From sequence record SRR31156797_589: a stretch of DNA of 51,277 nt; one strand, given 5' to 3'. This document shows positions 20,477-29,689 of this stretch, one piece after another. Below the pieces are notes generated by a model, which was not told where the DNA came from, did no database searches, and saw only the letters and a program-made list of their open reading frames with translations. Positions within the stretch are counted from its first letter, which is position 1, and every line of letters begins with the position of its first letter. The position numbers were made by a program, and so were the translations under genes.

Positions 20477-20848
20477 TTAGTCAAATAGTTTAATGCCTTC
20501 TTCAACTAGAGATTCTAATTGTGAGAATTTTTCCTTATCTTCCTGCATTTTCTTTTCCATTTCCTCTTGGCTTGGTCTTTCACCATTCTCTGAATCTGAT
20601 TCAGGTCTTGGTCCTGGTCCTGGTCCATGCCCTGGTCCTGGTCCGTGTCCTGGTCCGTGTCCTGGTCCATGCCCTGGTCCAAACTCTTCTTTTATGCTTT
20701 CAATTTCTGTTTTGATTTCCTCAAGTCTTGCTTTTGCATCTTCGCTAAGACTTTCAACTGATTCTGTAGATTCACTAAGGCTGATAAACTTCTCTTCCAG
20801 TTCTCTTAATCCGCCACCGTTAGGTCCAAATCCTTTTTTGTCAAACAT
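20477..20848 (-). CDS. Hypothetical acidic helical protein with (GPGH)n loop, 123 aa
   Basis: AAAGGA RBS before ATG 20848, own promoter and terminator, E/K-rich amphipathic helices. Confidence 0.8.
   Translation of the reverse strand: MFDKKGFGPNGGGLRELEEKFISLSESTESVESLSEDAKARLEEIKTEIESIKEEFGPGHGPGHGPGHGPGPGHGPGPGPRPESDSENGERPSQEEMEKKMQEDKEKFSQLESLVEEGIKLFD
20609..20680 (-). repeat. Coding tandem repeat of 12/6-bp units (GGACCAGGRCAY / GGACCA)
   Basis: Encodes GPGH-GPGH-GPGH-GP-GPGH-GP-GP-GP. Confidence 0.95.
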
Positions 20849-20901
20849 AATATATATTCCTTTCAAGGTTTTTTATTTATTAGCATTTCTGCTTAGTACA
20901 A

Positions 20902-20934
20902 ACTATAACAAATATTACTTAAATTAACCTTAAA
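20902..20934 (-). promoter_or_regulatory. OmpR-family direct-repeat activated promoter
   Basis: Minus strand reads TTTAAG-gttaa-TTTAAG-10 nt-TATAGT with TG extended -10. Confidence 0.6.
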
Positions 20935-21050
20935 TTTGTAAATATTATAACAAAAGATGGTAAATATATTACAAAAAGATGTAGTGGCACAACTAATAAT
21001 AATTTTTATGTATGCATAATTCTATTACTATATAGAAAATTCAAAAGTAT

Positions 21051-21076
21051 AAAAAAGCAGTTAGATTACTGCTTTT
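21051..21076 (-). terminator. Intrinsic terminator of the APC transporter
   Basis: AAAAGCAGT / ACTGCTTTT inverted repeat immediately after the stop codon. Confidence 0.7.
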
Positions 21077-21087
21077 CTGTGTATTTA

Positions 21088-23382
21088 TTATTCAGTTCTT
21101 GAGCCTATCCATCGTCGAATCCAAGAGCGCATCCCCAAATCTTTTTTTGCAAGAATTACAGTTTTATTGCATTCAGAAGCAATTTTCTCTGACAGCTTTC
21201 CAAACAGCATCTGCTTTAACGTTCCTTCGTTAGGTGCACCTAATATTAGCAAGTCATGATTTTCGCTCTCATTTAGTATTGAGCCTGCTATATCGCTGGA
21301 ATTAACTATTTTCACTTTCATAGGAATATTACCTAATTCCAATATCATTGGTCTTAGCCTTTTCATAATTGCCTGTTTGGTTTCGTTATGTGAATTAACA
21401 TTCAGAATTGTTAGTCTGCTTTCTTCGCTGTCATCCAGCAATGAAATTGCAATACGTGTTGCTATTAACGCATGTTGTGAGCCTGTAGTTGGCATCAGAA
21501 TCCGTCTAATCGGCTTTCCTGTATGCAGTCCTTCGCTGCCGGGCTTAATGACCATCAGATTGCATGGAGCAGTTTCAATTACTCTGTCTATTGTATTACC
21601 CATAGTATAGCCAGCTTTATTAGTATAGCCTTTCCAGCCCAATACGACCATATTTGTTGAACGCTCTCTTATTACATCTACTATTCCTCTTGCGGCTGTT
21701 TCACTTCTGGCAATAATTGTACTGACTGGAATATTGATATCAACAGCTTTTTTTGCATTCTCAATAAGAGGACGATCAGTCTCACATCGTTTATTTGCAT
21801 CTTCAGATGAAACGTAATGAGGTAATGTCTCTATTCTGGCTAATTGTAGTTCACCGTGCCAAACCCATGCCAAACGCTGAGCATATTTAACTAGAGAAGG
21901 ACTAATATTTCCACTTCTTACAGGAACCATAACCCTGTATTTTCGCTTATCTTTTGCCTTATTATATTCCAGAGTAGTCTGCTGAGCTTTCTTTTTCGCA
22001 TGATTTTTTGAATATAAGAAATACATTATGAATCCAACTACAATCCATAATCCAGCTGAAATCCATGCTGCAGGACTCATTTCAAAAAGAAGTAAAGCCA
22101 ACAAAAGCTGCAGTATTAGTGCTAGTATTGGAATCAATGGAAATAACGGCATAATGTAACCATAGTGCAGTTCATCACCCATAGTTTTTCTGATTCTGAT
22201 AACTGATACATTGATCAGCATGAAAATAAGTAAAAACATAATATCAGCTGCAGCTGCTACATCCTCAACTGGCAGAAGAATTGCTACAACCAATAATATT
22301 ATTGATGAAAAGAATAGCGCAATGGATGGAACCTGACTTTTTGAAATTTTTGAAAGTGACTTTGGTAAAAATCCATCACGGCTCATAGCGAACGATACTC
22401 TGGCTGATGAAAATAAAGTAGCATTCAGAGCAGATGTTGAGGAGAAAATAGCTGCCAATGTTACCAGAAGCATTCCGCCTAATGGGAACAGCATTTGAAT
22501 TGAATCAGCAAAGCCTGTTGTTCCACGTGCCTGAAACCACTCAGCTACCTGCATTCCCTGATTTTTTATTCCGATAACAGCTGCAAAGGCTACCAAAAGG
22601 TATGTAGATACCACAACAATTACCGCATAAAGAATGGCTTTCGGTATATTTTTCTTTGGGTTTATAGCTTCTTCGCCGGCGTGACCTATTACCTCGAATC
22701 CTTCAAATCCAACATAGGTAAAGCCCATTGCTATCATAACCCCTGCTCTGCCGTCTCTCAGAAAGGGCTTGAAGTTTAATAATTGTTCAGGATTTTTCAG
22801 AGCGACCGCTATTCCCATAATACCAATAATGAGCAGTGTAACAGTCTGCCCAAGAGCTATTATTGTACTTGACTTTCCGGTATCACTTACCCCTTTATAA
22901 TTAATTAAAATGAAAACAAGTGCAATAGTTACTGCAAGTACCTTTACACCAATATCTGAATTTATGTTTAATTTATGAAAAAACTCTAATGATTCTAATA
23001 AATGAAAAGTATATTCAGAAAATGTTATGGCATATAGGCTTCCTGCTACTGCAAGTGCAAACCAGTTCATCCAGCCGGAAATGAATCCAACTACTCCGCC
23101 AAAAGCTTTCTTCACATATGAATATGCTCCGCCTGCTGCAGGAATAGCAGAGCATAGTTCTGCAAATGACATAGCGGTAAAGATAGCGATTAAGCCATTT
23201 AGTGCAAATGCGAGGAGTATACCTCCAGTACCAGCCTTACCTATTGCAATGCCAGTCGCAACAAAAACACCAGCACCTATCATCATGCCGGCACCCATCA
23301 TTGTTAATTGAAATAGTCCAAGTTCTCTAGCTAATTCACCGTTATTTGCATCAGGTGAAGTGCTTTTGTGTTCATTATTCAT
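21088..23382 (-). CDS. APC-family amino-acid permease fused to tandem USP-like domains
   Basis: GMMIGAGVF, AELCSAIPAAGGAY, GFEGFE and about 12 TMs. C-terminal USP motifs MVVLGWKG...IDRVIETAPCN and DLLILGA...LFGKLSEKIA. Confidence 0.9.
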   Translation of the reverse strand: MNNEHKSTSPDANNGELARELGLFQLTMMGAGMMIGAGVFVATGIAIGKAGTGGILLAFALNGLIAIFTAMSFAELCSAIPAAGGAYSYVKKAFGGVVGFISGWMNWFALAVAGSLYAITFSEYTFHLLESLEFFHKLNINSDIGVKVLAVTIALVFILINYKGVSDTGKSSTIIALGQTVTLLIIGIMGIAVALKNPEQLLNFKPFLRDGRAGVMIAMGFTYVGFEGFEVIGHAGEEAINPKKNIPKAILYAVIVVVSTYLLVAFAAVIGIKNQGMQVAEWFQARGTTGFADSIQMLFPLGGMLLVTLAAIFSSTSALNATLFSSARVSFAMSRDGFLPKSLSKISKSQVPSIALFFSSIILLVVAILLPVEDVAAAADIMFLLIFMLINVSVIRIRKTMGDELHYGYIMPLFPLIPILALILQLLLALLLFEMSPAAWISAGLWIVVGFIMYFLYSKNHAKKKAQQTTLEYNKAKDKRKYRVMVPVRSGNISPSLVKYAQRLAWVWHGELQLARIETLPHYVSSEDANKRCETDRPLIENAKKAVDINIPVSTIIARSETAARGIVDVIRERSTNMVVLGWKGYTNKAGYTMGNTIDRVIETAPCNLMVIKPGSEGLHTGKPIRRILMPTTGSQHALIATRIAISLLDDSEESRLTILNVNSHNETKQAIMKRLRPMILELGNIPMKVKIVNSSDIAGSILNESENHDLLILGAPNEGTLKQMLFGKLSEKIASECNKTVILAKKDLGMRSWIRRWIGSRTE

Positions 23383-23412
23383 ATTAATCCCTATCTAAAC
23401 CTAAATAGCAGT

Positions 23413-23556
23413 TTATAGTTTTACATTATTGACTATATCTCTGCTGCTTTTATATTCACTTTTGCTTATCCTGTCGATAATTTTAGTTGATTTAATTACA
23501 AAAAACCATGTAGCTGAATAAGCTAAGGCAATCAATAACAAATATAACCAAGTCAT
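23413..23556 (-). CDS. Small single-TM protein, 47 aa (not in ORF track)
   Basis: AGGAGG RBS, then ATG: MTWLYLLLIALAYSATWFFVIKSTKIIDRISKSEYKSSRDIVNNVKL*. Confidence 0.7.
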   Translation of the reverse strand: MTWLYLLLIALAYSATWFFVIKSTKIIDRISKSEYKSSRDIVNNVKL

Positions 23557-23613
23557 ACTAATCCTCCTAGTGAGCTATAATTGCACACAATACATATGTT
23601 ATCATAAAAATAT

Positions 23614-23644
23614 AAAAAAGCAACCTAACTGCGGTTAAGTGCTT
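23614..23644 (-). terminator. Intrinsic terminator after the metallophosphoesterase
   Basis: Minus strand AAGCACTTAAC-CGCA-GTTAGGTTGCTT followed by a U-run. Confidence 0.7.
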
Positions 23645-23666
23645 AGATAATTTTATAATTGAGTAT

Positions 23667-24371
23667 CTAGAATAATCTAACAGGAGTAAAATCCACACTG
23701 TCACATGACGTAAGAATATATTCACACCCATCAATTATTGTATTATATGATTGATACAGGTTTGGACTATGTATATGGCCAAAAATTACCTTATCTGGAT
23801 TGTACTCTTTCAGTATATCAATCATTTCATTTGAGCTCTTACTGATATCATAAGGCGGATAGTGAAATATTACTACCAATTTGCTGTCATCAGTCATTAT
23901 TTTTTTTGCTCTGTCTAATGACAGCTTTAGCCTTATACATTCCCTGTCAAAAATCTTCTTGTCAGTTTGCTTGAATTCGTTTGACAGAGGACATACCCAG
24001 CCCCTTGTACCTGCAATAACGTAATTATCAATAGCTATTGCATTGTTCTGGATAATCTGTTGATTGGGTGATAAAATGGATTCTACTTTATTAATAGATG
24101 ACCACCAATAATCGTGATTACCTTTTAATAGTATTTGTTTTCCTGGAAGATTTGCAATATCTTCTAAATCTAGCTTTGCTTCATCTAGATGCATTGCCCA
24201 GGAAATGTCACCACAAATTAACACAATATCGTCTTTTCCAATTAAATTGAGCCAATTTGCACGTATCCTGTCCCAATGGTTATGCCAATTTTCTCCAAAA
24301 ATCCCCATAGGTTTGTTAACACTATTTGATAAGTGCAAATCACCAATAGCGAATAGCTTATTAATAGTCAT
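23667..24371 (-). CDS. Calcineurin-like metallophosphoesterase
   Basis: DLH, GDISW, GNHD, HYPP and GHIH motifs. Confidence 0.92.
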   Translation of the reverse strand: MTINKLFAIGDLHLSNSVNKPMGIFGENWHNHWDRIRANWLNLIGKDDIVLICGDISWAMHLDEAKLDLEDIANLPGKQILLKGNHDYWWSSINKVESILSPNQQIIQNNAIAIDNYVIAGTRGWVCPLSNEFKQTDKKIFDRECIRLKLSLDRAKKIMTDDSKLVVIFHYPPYDISKSSNEMIDILKEYNPDKVIFGHIHSPNLYQSYNTIIDGCEYILTSCDSVDFTPVRLF

Positions 24372-24376
24372 CGTAA

Positions 24377-24706
24377 TTACTCAAATTCATCCTTTACATC
24401 ATCGGGAATATCGTCACCTTCGTCCAGATCAATTAATCTCATACCATCCATATCATCACCATCAGTACTGACATTTGATGGCTCTTCATCGTCACTGTAT
24501 GAGAACTCGCTCATCTCTATACGATTATTCAGGCATAAATCGCACATGTCTTGATTTGAATCAATCAAATTAACACCGCAGACTGGACATACTTCTTTTT
24601 CTTCTTCATTTTCAGCGTTCTTTAGTTCGTTTAAACACACTTTACAATATTTCATTCCTGGTTTTACATAATTTAAATTGCAACGTGGACACAACTTGAT
24701 TGCCAT
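24377..24706 (-). CDS. Tandem zinc-ribbon protein with acidic tail
   Basis: GGAGGT RBS before ATG 24706, four CxxC pairs and a D/E-rich C-terminus. Confidence 0.75.
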   Translation of the reverse strand: MAIKLCPRCNLNYVKPGMKYCKVCLNELKNAENEEEKEVCPVCGVNLIDSNQDMCDLCLNNRIEMSEFSYSDDEEPSNVSTDGDDMDGMRLIDLDEGDDIPDDVKDEFE

Positions 24707-24902
24707 TACAATTACCTCCAAAAATTCTATAGTTATAATATACACAATTCTCGGAAAAAGTAAAATAGAAAATATAAATAAAATTATCAAAATCCATAAA
24801 TTACTAAGGAAAAGTATAGGTGAATAATTTGCATAACCCCTATTTTGTTACTATAATATTTCATATATTACAAATGTATTACGTTTAGAAAAGGAGTAAG
24901 AA

Positions 24903-25946
24903 ATGAAAAACAAAATCATTTTTGCAATTGTTATTGCTATTATGGCAAGCATGATAGCTATGCCAATTAGTTTGGCACAAGGAACGACTAACTGCAATGC
25001 ACCAACAAATATTGATCTGACAATGACAGAGGTCGACTGTATTCAAAATATGCTTAATGTAAGCAATAAAGACGATATAGCTATGCTTTTCCCAGAGGCA
25101 GATTGCTTCGAAGAAAATATAGAAGATTGTCAAATAGATATTGATGCAGCACTTGATGCAATTTGCAGAGAATATGAAATCAACTGCGGCGAGGACATTA
25201 CAAAAGATGAGCTGCTAAAAGAAATTACAGACAAAATTCAGGATACAGAAGTAGAGACAGCTCCTATAGTATCTGCTGAGCCTACTGCATGTACTACCCC
25301 TGCTCCAGAAGCGGATTTAACTGAAATTACTGAAGTAACTGAAGATAATGATGTTTCAGTAAATCAAGCAGATAAACAAACTGATGATAACGAAGAAACC
25401 GAAACAACTGAAGAAACTATAGAAGTAGAAGTAAGCAAAGATGTAGCTGATGTACAAGACACTGAAGACGCAACACCATCTATACTTGAAACAGAACCTG
25501 ATACTGAAGAACCAACAACTACATCTGCACCACAAGCTCCTGAAAATACTGCAAGAGGCATTTCAACACTAGAGATGGAAATGATTATCATGGTAAATGA
25601 GGATAGAGCTAATGCAGGTTTGTCTCCTCTTGCTGCTAGTGCAGAGATTTCTGAAAAAGCAAGAGAACATTCACAAGACATGAGTACAAACAATTTCTTC
25701 TCTCATACCTCCCCAAGTAACGGTGGATTCAGCGAGAGATTACAAAACTCAGGTCTGAGCTATACCGCAGCAGGAGAAAATATTGCACTGTATAATTCAG
25801 TTGAAAAGGCTCAAGCTGGTTTGATGGCTTCAGATGGACACAGAGCCAATATTCTTGGTGAGAACTTTACACATGTCGGTATTGGTATTGTATGGAACGA
25901 AGGAAAGCAAGCATATTACATTACACAATGGTTTGCTAGACAATAA
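24903..25946 (+). CDS. Secreted CAP/SCP-domain protein (YkwD-like)
   Basis: Signal peptide, T/E-rich linker, VNEDR..AGL.PL, HSQDM...FFSHTSP, GENIA and SDGHRANIL. Confidence 0.9.
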   Translation: MKNKIIFAIVIAIMASMIAMPISLAQGTTNCNAPTNIDLTMTEVDCIQNMLNVSNKDDIAMLFPEADCFEENIEDCQIDIDAALDAICREYEINCGEDITKDELLKEITDKIQDTEVETAPIVSAEPTACTTPAPEADLTEITEVTEDNDVSVNQADKQTDDNEETETTEETIEVEVSKDVADVQDTEDATPSILETEPDTEEPTTTSAPQAPENTARGISTLEMEMIIMVNEDRANAGLSPLAASAEISEKAREHSQDMSTNNFFSHTSPSNGGFSERLQNSGLSYTAAGENIALYNSVEKAQAGLMASDGHRANILGENFTHVGIGIVWNEGKQAYYITQWFARQ

Positions 25947-25985
25947 ATACGACGATAAATTACCTACCTTTATATATATGTCTAT

Positions 25986-26963
25986 CTAATTGGATAGGCA
26001 TTTTTTTTGAATATTATTTATTGCCCAATCAGAATATTCATCTATTTCATCATCTTTAAATTTATTTTGTATATTTTTAATCAGCGGAATATACTTTTCA
26101 TCTCTGGTATTACCGCTAAGAATGATTAATGATTTAGCTAGACGCAGTGTTCTAACTTCATTTTTCCCTAAATACTTAACCAGAACTTTAATATTTGCTT
26201 TATTATGCTCAAAATCCATTAATCTAGGCAAGTAACATGCCTCTAATAACTCCTCTGGCGGTTTAATTCTATCAATTTTATTGTTTAATGGACACGCAGC
26301 TTTACAGTCATCACAGCCGATTATATCTCTGTTAATTTTTTCTCGTATTTCGACAGATATGTATTTCTTAGCAGGCATATATGCTCTTTTGCAGGTATCA
26401 GGAGAAACAATGCCGTCTTTGTTTATGGCATCGAATTTACAGATCAATCTACAATTATCACATTCATTACAAAAATCAACTTCTGTATTATTGGTTTTAT
26501 TGTCAACAGGAAGATTAGTAAGTATACATTGAATATTGATATAGCTTCCATATTCTCTATGAACTAGCAATCCGTTTACTCCTCTAATTCCCATATTAGC
26601 TCTAAATGCACAATGACGATACGGAATCCTTGCCTTATAATCTGATTTATATCCTAGTCTACATATCTTTTCAGCCAACTTACCTGCATTATGATATGCA
26701 GCATTAGAAGCAACATAATATGAATCAATAATCATATAATCTGATTGAAAATAAGAAGTATCATAAGGACTATATTTAGTCAGAAGAACAATTATGCACT
26801 CAGCATCACCCATTATATCCTTTGGGTTGTGGTATAATCCATAATCTATACCCTTAGATTGGGTATCTATTTTATACTGCAGGAATTCATCAGGATTAAT
26901 AATTCCGACTTCATCGAAATTTAATTCCTTCGCCCAAGCATTGATAGTTTCGCTAAAATCCAT
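25986..26963 (-). CDS. queG: Epoxyqueuosine reductase-like Fe-S protein
   Basis: CxxCxxCxxxC, a lone C, GCDDCKAACP and a C-terminal HEAT-like GN.R motif. Divergent from canonical QueG. Confidence 0.7.
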   Translation of the reverse strand: MDFSETINAWAKELNFDEVGIINPDEFLQYKIDTQSKGIDYGLYHNPKDIMGDAECIIVLLTKYSPYDTSYFQSDYMIIDSYYVASNAAYHNAGKLAEKICRLGYKSDYKARIPYRHCAFRANMGIRGVNGLLVHREYGSYINIQCILTNLPVDNKTNNTEVDFCNECDNCRLICKFDAINKDGIVSPDTCKRAYMPAKKYISVEIREKINRDIIGCDDCKAACPLNNKIDRIKPPEELLEACYLPRLMDFEHNKANIKVLVKYLGKNEVRTLRLAKSLIILSGNTRDEKYIPLIKNIQNKFKDDEIDEYSDWAINNIQKKCLSN

Positions 26964-26972
26964 TGATTACTC

Positions 26973-28151
26973 CTAAATACGGATTATCTCCCTGCCTCCG
27001 CCTGTTAAACATTCACATTCATTATCAGTAACAATATAAACATCCTCTACACCTACCATACCTTCACCCGGAACAGCAATTTTTGGCTCTATTGCAAAAA
27101 CCATATTCTTTTCTAGAGGTTCATTAAACCTATTTGCAATTATTGGATATTCACTGACATATAGTCCTATCCCATGACCCAAAAACTTAATCTGTTCATG
27201 ATGTCCCATAAATTTATCAGTATATTTTGGGTCTAATTCTTTAGTAACCTGATTAAATATTTGGGAAGGTATTGCACCAGTTGTCATTAGGTCAACGGTC
27301 ATATTCTGGATTTTAATACACTCTTTATGAGCTGCTTTTACAACGCTGCAAGGCTCTGTACCAAATGAATACACTTGCGTATGGTCAGTGTTATAACCTT
27401 CTATGCAAAATGCTATGTCAATAAAGATCAAGTCACCTTTTTCGAGTGTTTTCTCTCTATCACCAAAATATGGGGTTGATGGATGAAGCCCTTTATTACC
27501 GTTAGGGCCATTAAAATTAGTTGGATATAAGGAATTTTCGCCTATACAGATCTGACCACAGGAATACTGCTGATTAAACATATCAAATCTAGCTGTGCCA
27601 AAATGTCCTAATTTGAACATTTGATAATTCAGTTCAGTAACTAATTCAAATTCGCTCATACCCTCATAAATAACTGTAGGAACAATCTCATTTAGCAATT
27701 TGTCGTGCACTATACCTGCTTGACGCATTATCCCAAGTTCGTATTCAGACTTAATTGAACGCAGATAGTTAACATCTGAATCCAAATCTAAAGGATTCTC
27801 TATTTTCAAATGCTTATTAAACATCTGATACATTTTTATTGGAATTTTGCTTAGTTCCAAATAACCATTTGAAAAATTACTGCCTATTACCAGAACAATA
27901 TCTCTATATGAATTCATTTGATGTATACTATCAATCATACATTCTATTTTTGCTCTGGCATATGATTTCTTCACAAAGAAGTGAACATCGCCATTTGGAA
28001 GAAATATAAGCAGTCCGTTCTGCATAGTCCCTGTATAATAGTATTGATTCACTTCAGAAGCAATGATTGCAATATCCCAGTCTGGATGCTTTTGATTCAT
28101 GTGTTGATAGAATTTATTAATTCGAGTTTGTATCTCGCTTTTACTTAGCAT
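26973..28151 (-). CDS. M24 Xaa-Pro peptidase
   Basis: LRSIKS.YEL and metal ligands D...D, GHGIG, EPK and GVED are intact. Confidence 0.9.
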   Translation of the reverse strand: MLSKSEIQTRINKFYQHMNQKHPDWDIAIIASEVNQYYYTGTMQNGLLIFLPNGDVHFFVKKSYARAKIECMIDSIHQMNSYRDIVLVIGSNFSNGYLELSKIPIKMYQMFNKHLKIENPLDLDSDVNYLRSIKSEYELGIMRQAGIVHDKLLNEIVPTVIYEGMSEFELVTELNYQMFKLGHFGTARFDMFNQQYSCGQICIGENSLYPTNFNGPNGNKGLHPSTPYFGDREKTLEKGDLIFIDIAFCIEGYNTDHTQVYSFGTEPCSVVKAAHKECIKIQNMTVDLMTTGAIPSQIFNQVTKELDPKYTDKFMGHHEQIKFLGHGIGLYVSEYPIIANRFNEPLEKNMVFAIEPKIAVPGEGMVGVEDVYIVTDNECECLTGGGREIIRI

Positions 28152-29532
28152 ATTTATTAACTACTCCCCTAGCCTTATCGATCATTTCCTGTACACATTC
28201 AGGGGCTGGTCCGCCATATGATTTTCTTTGACGTACGCATGTCTCTGTGCTTATTGCTTCATAAATATCATCATCAAAATAATCTGACATTTTTTTGTAC
28301 TCATCTATATCCACTTGCTGAAGAGTTAAGTTGTTTTCAATACAGTAAAGTACCAGTTTACCAACTACAGAATGAGAATCTCTAAAAGGCAATCCCTTTT
28401 TAGTGAGATAATCGGCAACGTCAGTAGCATTGGTAAAACCACCTTCAGCTCCCTGCTTCATAGATTCTTTGTTGAATTCTGCAGTTTCTAACATTTTTCT
28501 AAATAGCTCTAAACATGCAATTACAGTATCGTTAGCGTCAAATAATCTTTCCTTATCTTCCTGCATATCTTTATTGTACGCTAATGGCAGAGATTTCATC
28601 GTTGTTAGTATGCTTATTAAATCTCCATATACTCTGCCTGTTTTACCTCTTATTAATTCTGCAATGTCTGGATTTTTCTTTTGAGGCATAATGCTGGAAC
28701 CAGTAGAATACTCATCATCTAGCTTAATGAATTGGAATTCATTTGTTGACCACAATATTATTTCTTCGCAGAATCTTGACAAATGCATCATAGTAACAGA
28801 AGCTGAATAAATGAAATCAATAAGAAAGTCTCTGTCAGATACTGAATCCATTGCATTTGTGCTGACACTGCTAAAGCCTAGAATATCAGCAGTAAAATCA
28901 CGGTCAATATTATATGTTGTTCCTGCTAATGCTCCGCTTCCCAGAGGCATAATATCGGCAGCTGACAGCGAATGCTCAAAACGAATGATATCTCTTTTGA
29001 ACATCTCTGCATAAGTCATTACATGATAACCTAGCGTTATAGGCTGTGCTTTCTGGAGATGTGTATAGCCTGGCATTACAGTTTTCAGATTATTTTCTGC
29101 AATCTTTATCAGAGCGTTAATCATATGAGCTAATTCATCAATTACCTCACTGCATATTTTTTTTGAATACATTCTAGTGTCTAGGGCTACCTGGTCATTT
29201 CGTGATCTTGCTGTATGAAGCCTTTTACCTGCTTCGCCAATTCTTTCAATCAACAGTTTCTCTACATTCATATGAATATCCTCTGCTGATACATCAAATT
29301 CTATTTTACCATTTTCAATATCTATCAATATCGAATTCAGTCCGCTTTCTATCTGCTCAAAGTCATCCTTAGATATTATACCCTGTGTTGATAACATTTT
29401 GGCATGAGCAATAGAACCGGTAATATCTTCTCTATATAATCTCTGGTCAAATCTGATGGAGGAATGAAAATCATCCACTGCTTCGTTTGTTTTTTTTGTA
29501 AACCTGCCGCCCCATAGCTTCTTATTGCTCAT
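28141..29532 (-). CDS. argH: Argininosuccinate lyase
   Basis: LWGGRF, HTARSRNDQ, PGYTHLQ and GSSIMPQKKNPD motifs. Confidence 0.98.
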   Translation of the reverse strand: MSNKKLWGGRFTKKTNEAVDDFHSSIRFDQRLYREDITGSIAHAKMLSTQGIISKDDFEQIESGLNSILIDIENGKIEFDVSAEDIHMNVEKLLIERIGEAGKRLHTARSRNDQVALDTRMYSKKICSEVIDELAHMINALIKIAENNLKTVMPGYTHLQKAQPITLGYHVMTYAEMFKRDIIRFEHSLSAADIMPLGSGALAGTTYNIDRDFTADILGFSSVSTNAMDSVSDRDFLIDFIYSASVTMMHLSRFCEEIILWSTNEFQFIKLDDEYSTGSSIMPQKKNPDIAELIRGKTGRVYGDLISILTTMKSLPLAYNKDMQEDKERLFDANDTVIACLELFRKMLETAEFNKESMKQGAEGGFTNATDVADYLTKKGLPFRDSHSVVGKLVLYCIENNLTLQQVDIDEYKKMSDYFDDDIYEAISTETCVRQRKSYGGPAPECVQEMIDKARGVVNKYAK

Positions 29533-29594
29533 AGTTTCTCCTTGTAAAATATACTGTTATCATAGTTATAAAATTTGATTACAAAATCATTTCT

Positions 29595-29627
29595 AAAACA
29601 ATAGGCATTTCTGATAAGAAACACCTA
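29595..29627 (-). terminator. Terminator-like hairpin between the amidohydrolase gene and argH
   Basis: TAGGTGTTTCT-TATC-AGAAATGCCTA followed by TTGTTTT. Confidence 0.6.
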
Positions 29628-29689
29628 GGAATTTGCTATTATTATATACACTTTTTAACTAATTAGCAAGAATGCTGTATGCATACATA

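Noticed and set aside
20609..20680. Tandem repeat as a CRISPR array
   Set aside because: Units are 6-12 bp, contiguous and in-frame, with no spacers and no cas genes.
20493..20927. Plus-strand ORF with GPCP repeats
   Set aside because: Antisense shadow of the GPGH gene. RBS, promoter and terminator all support the minus strand.
29676..29689. TGTATGCATACA palindrome as an ARG box
   Set aside because: Half-site spacing does not match TGMAT-N4-ATKCA.
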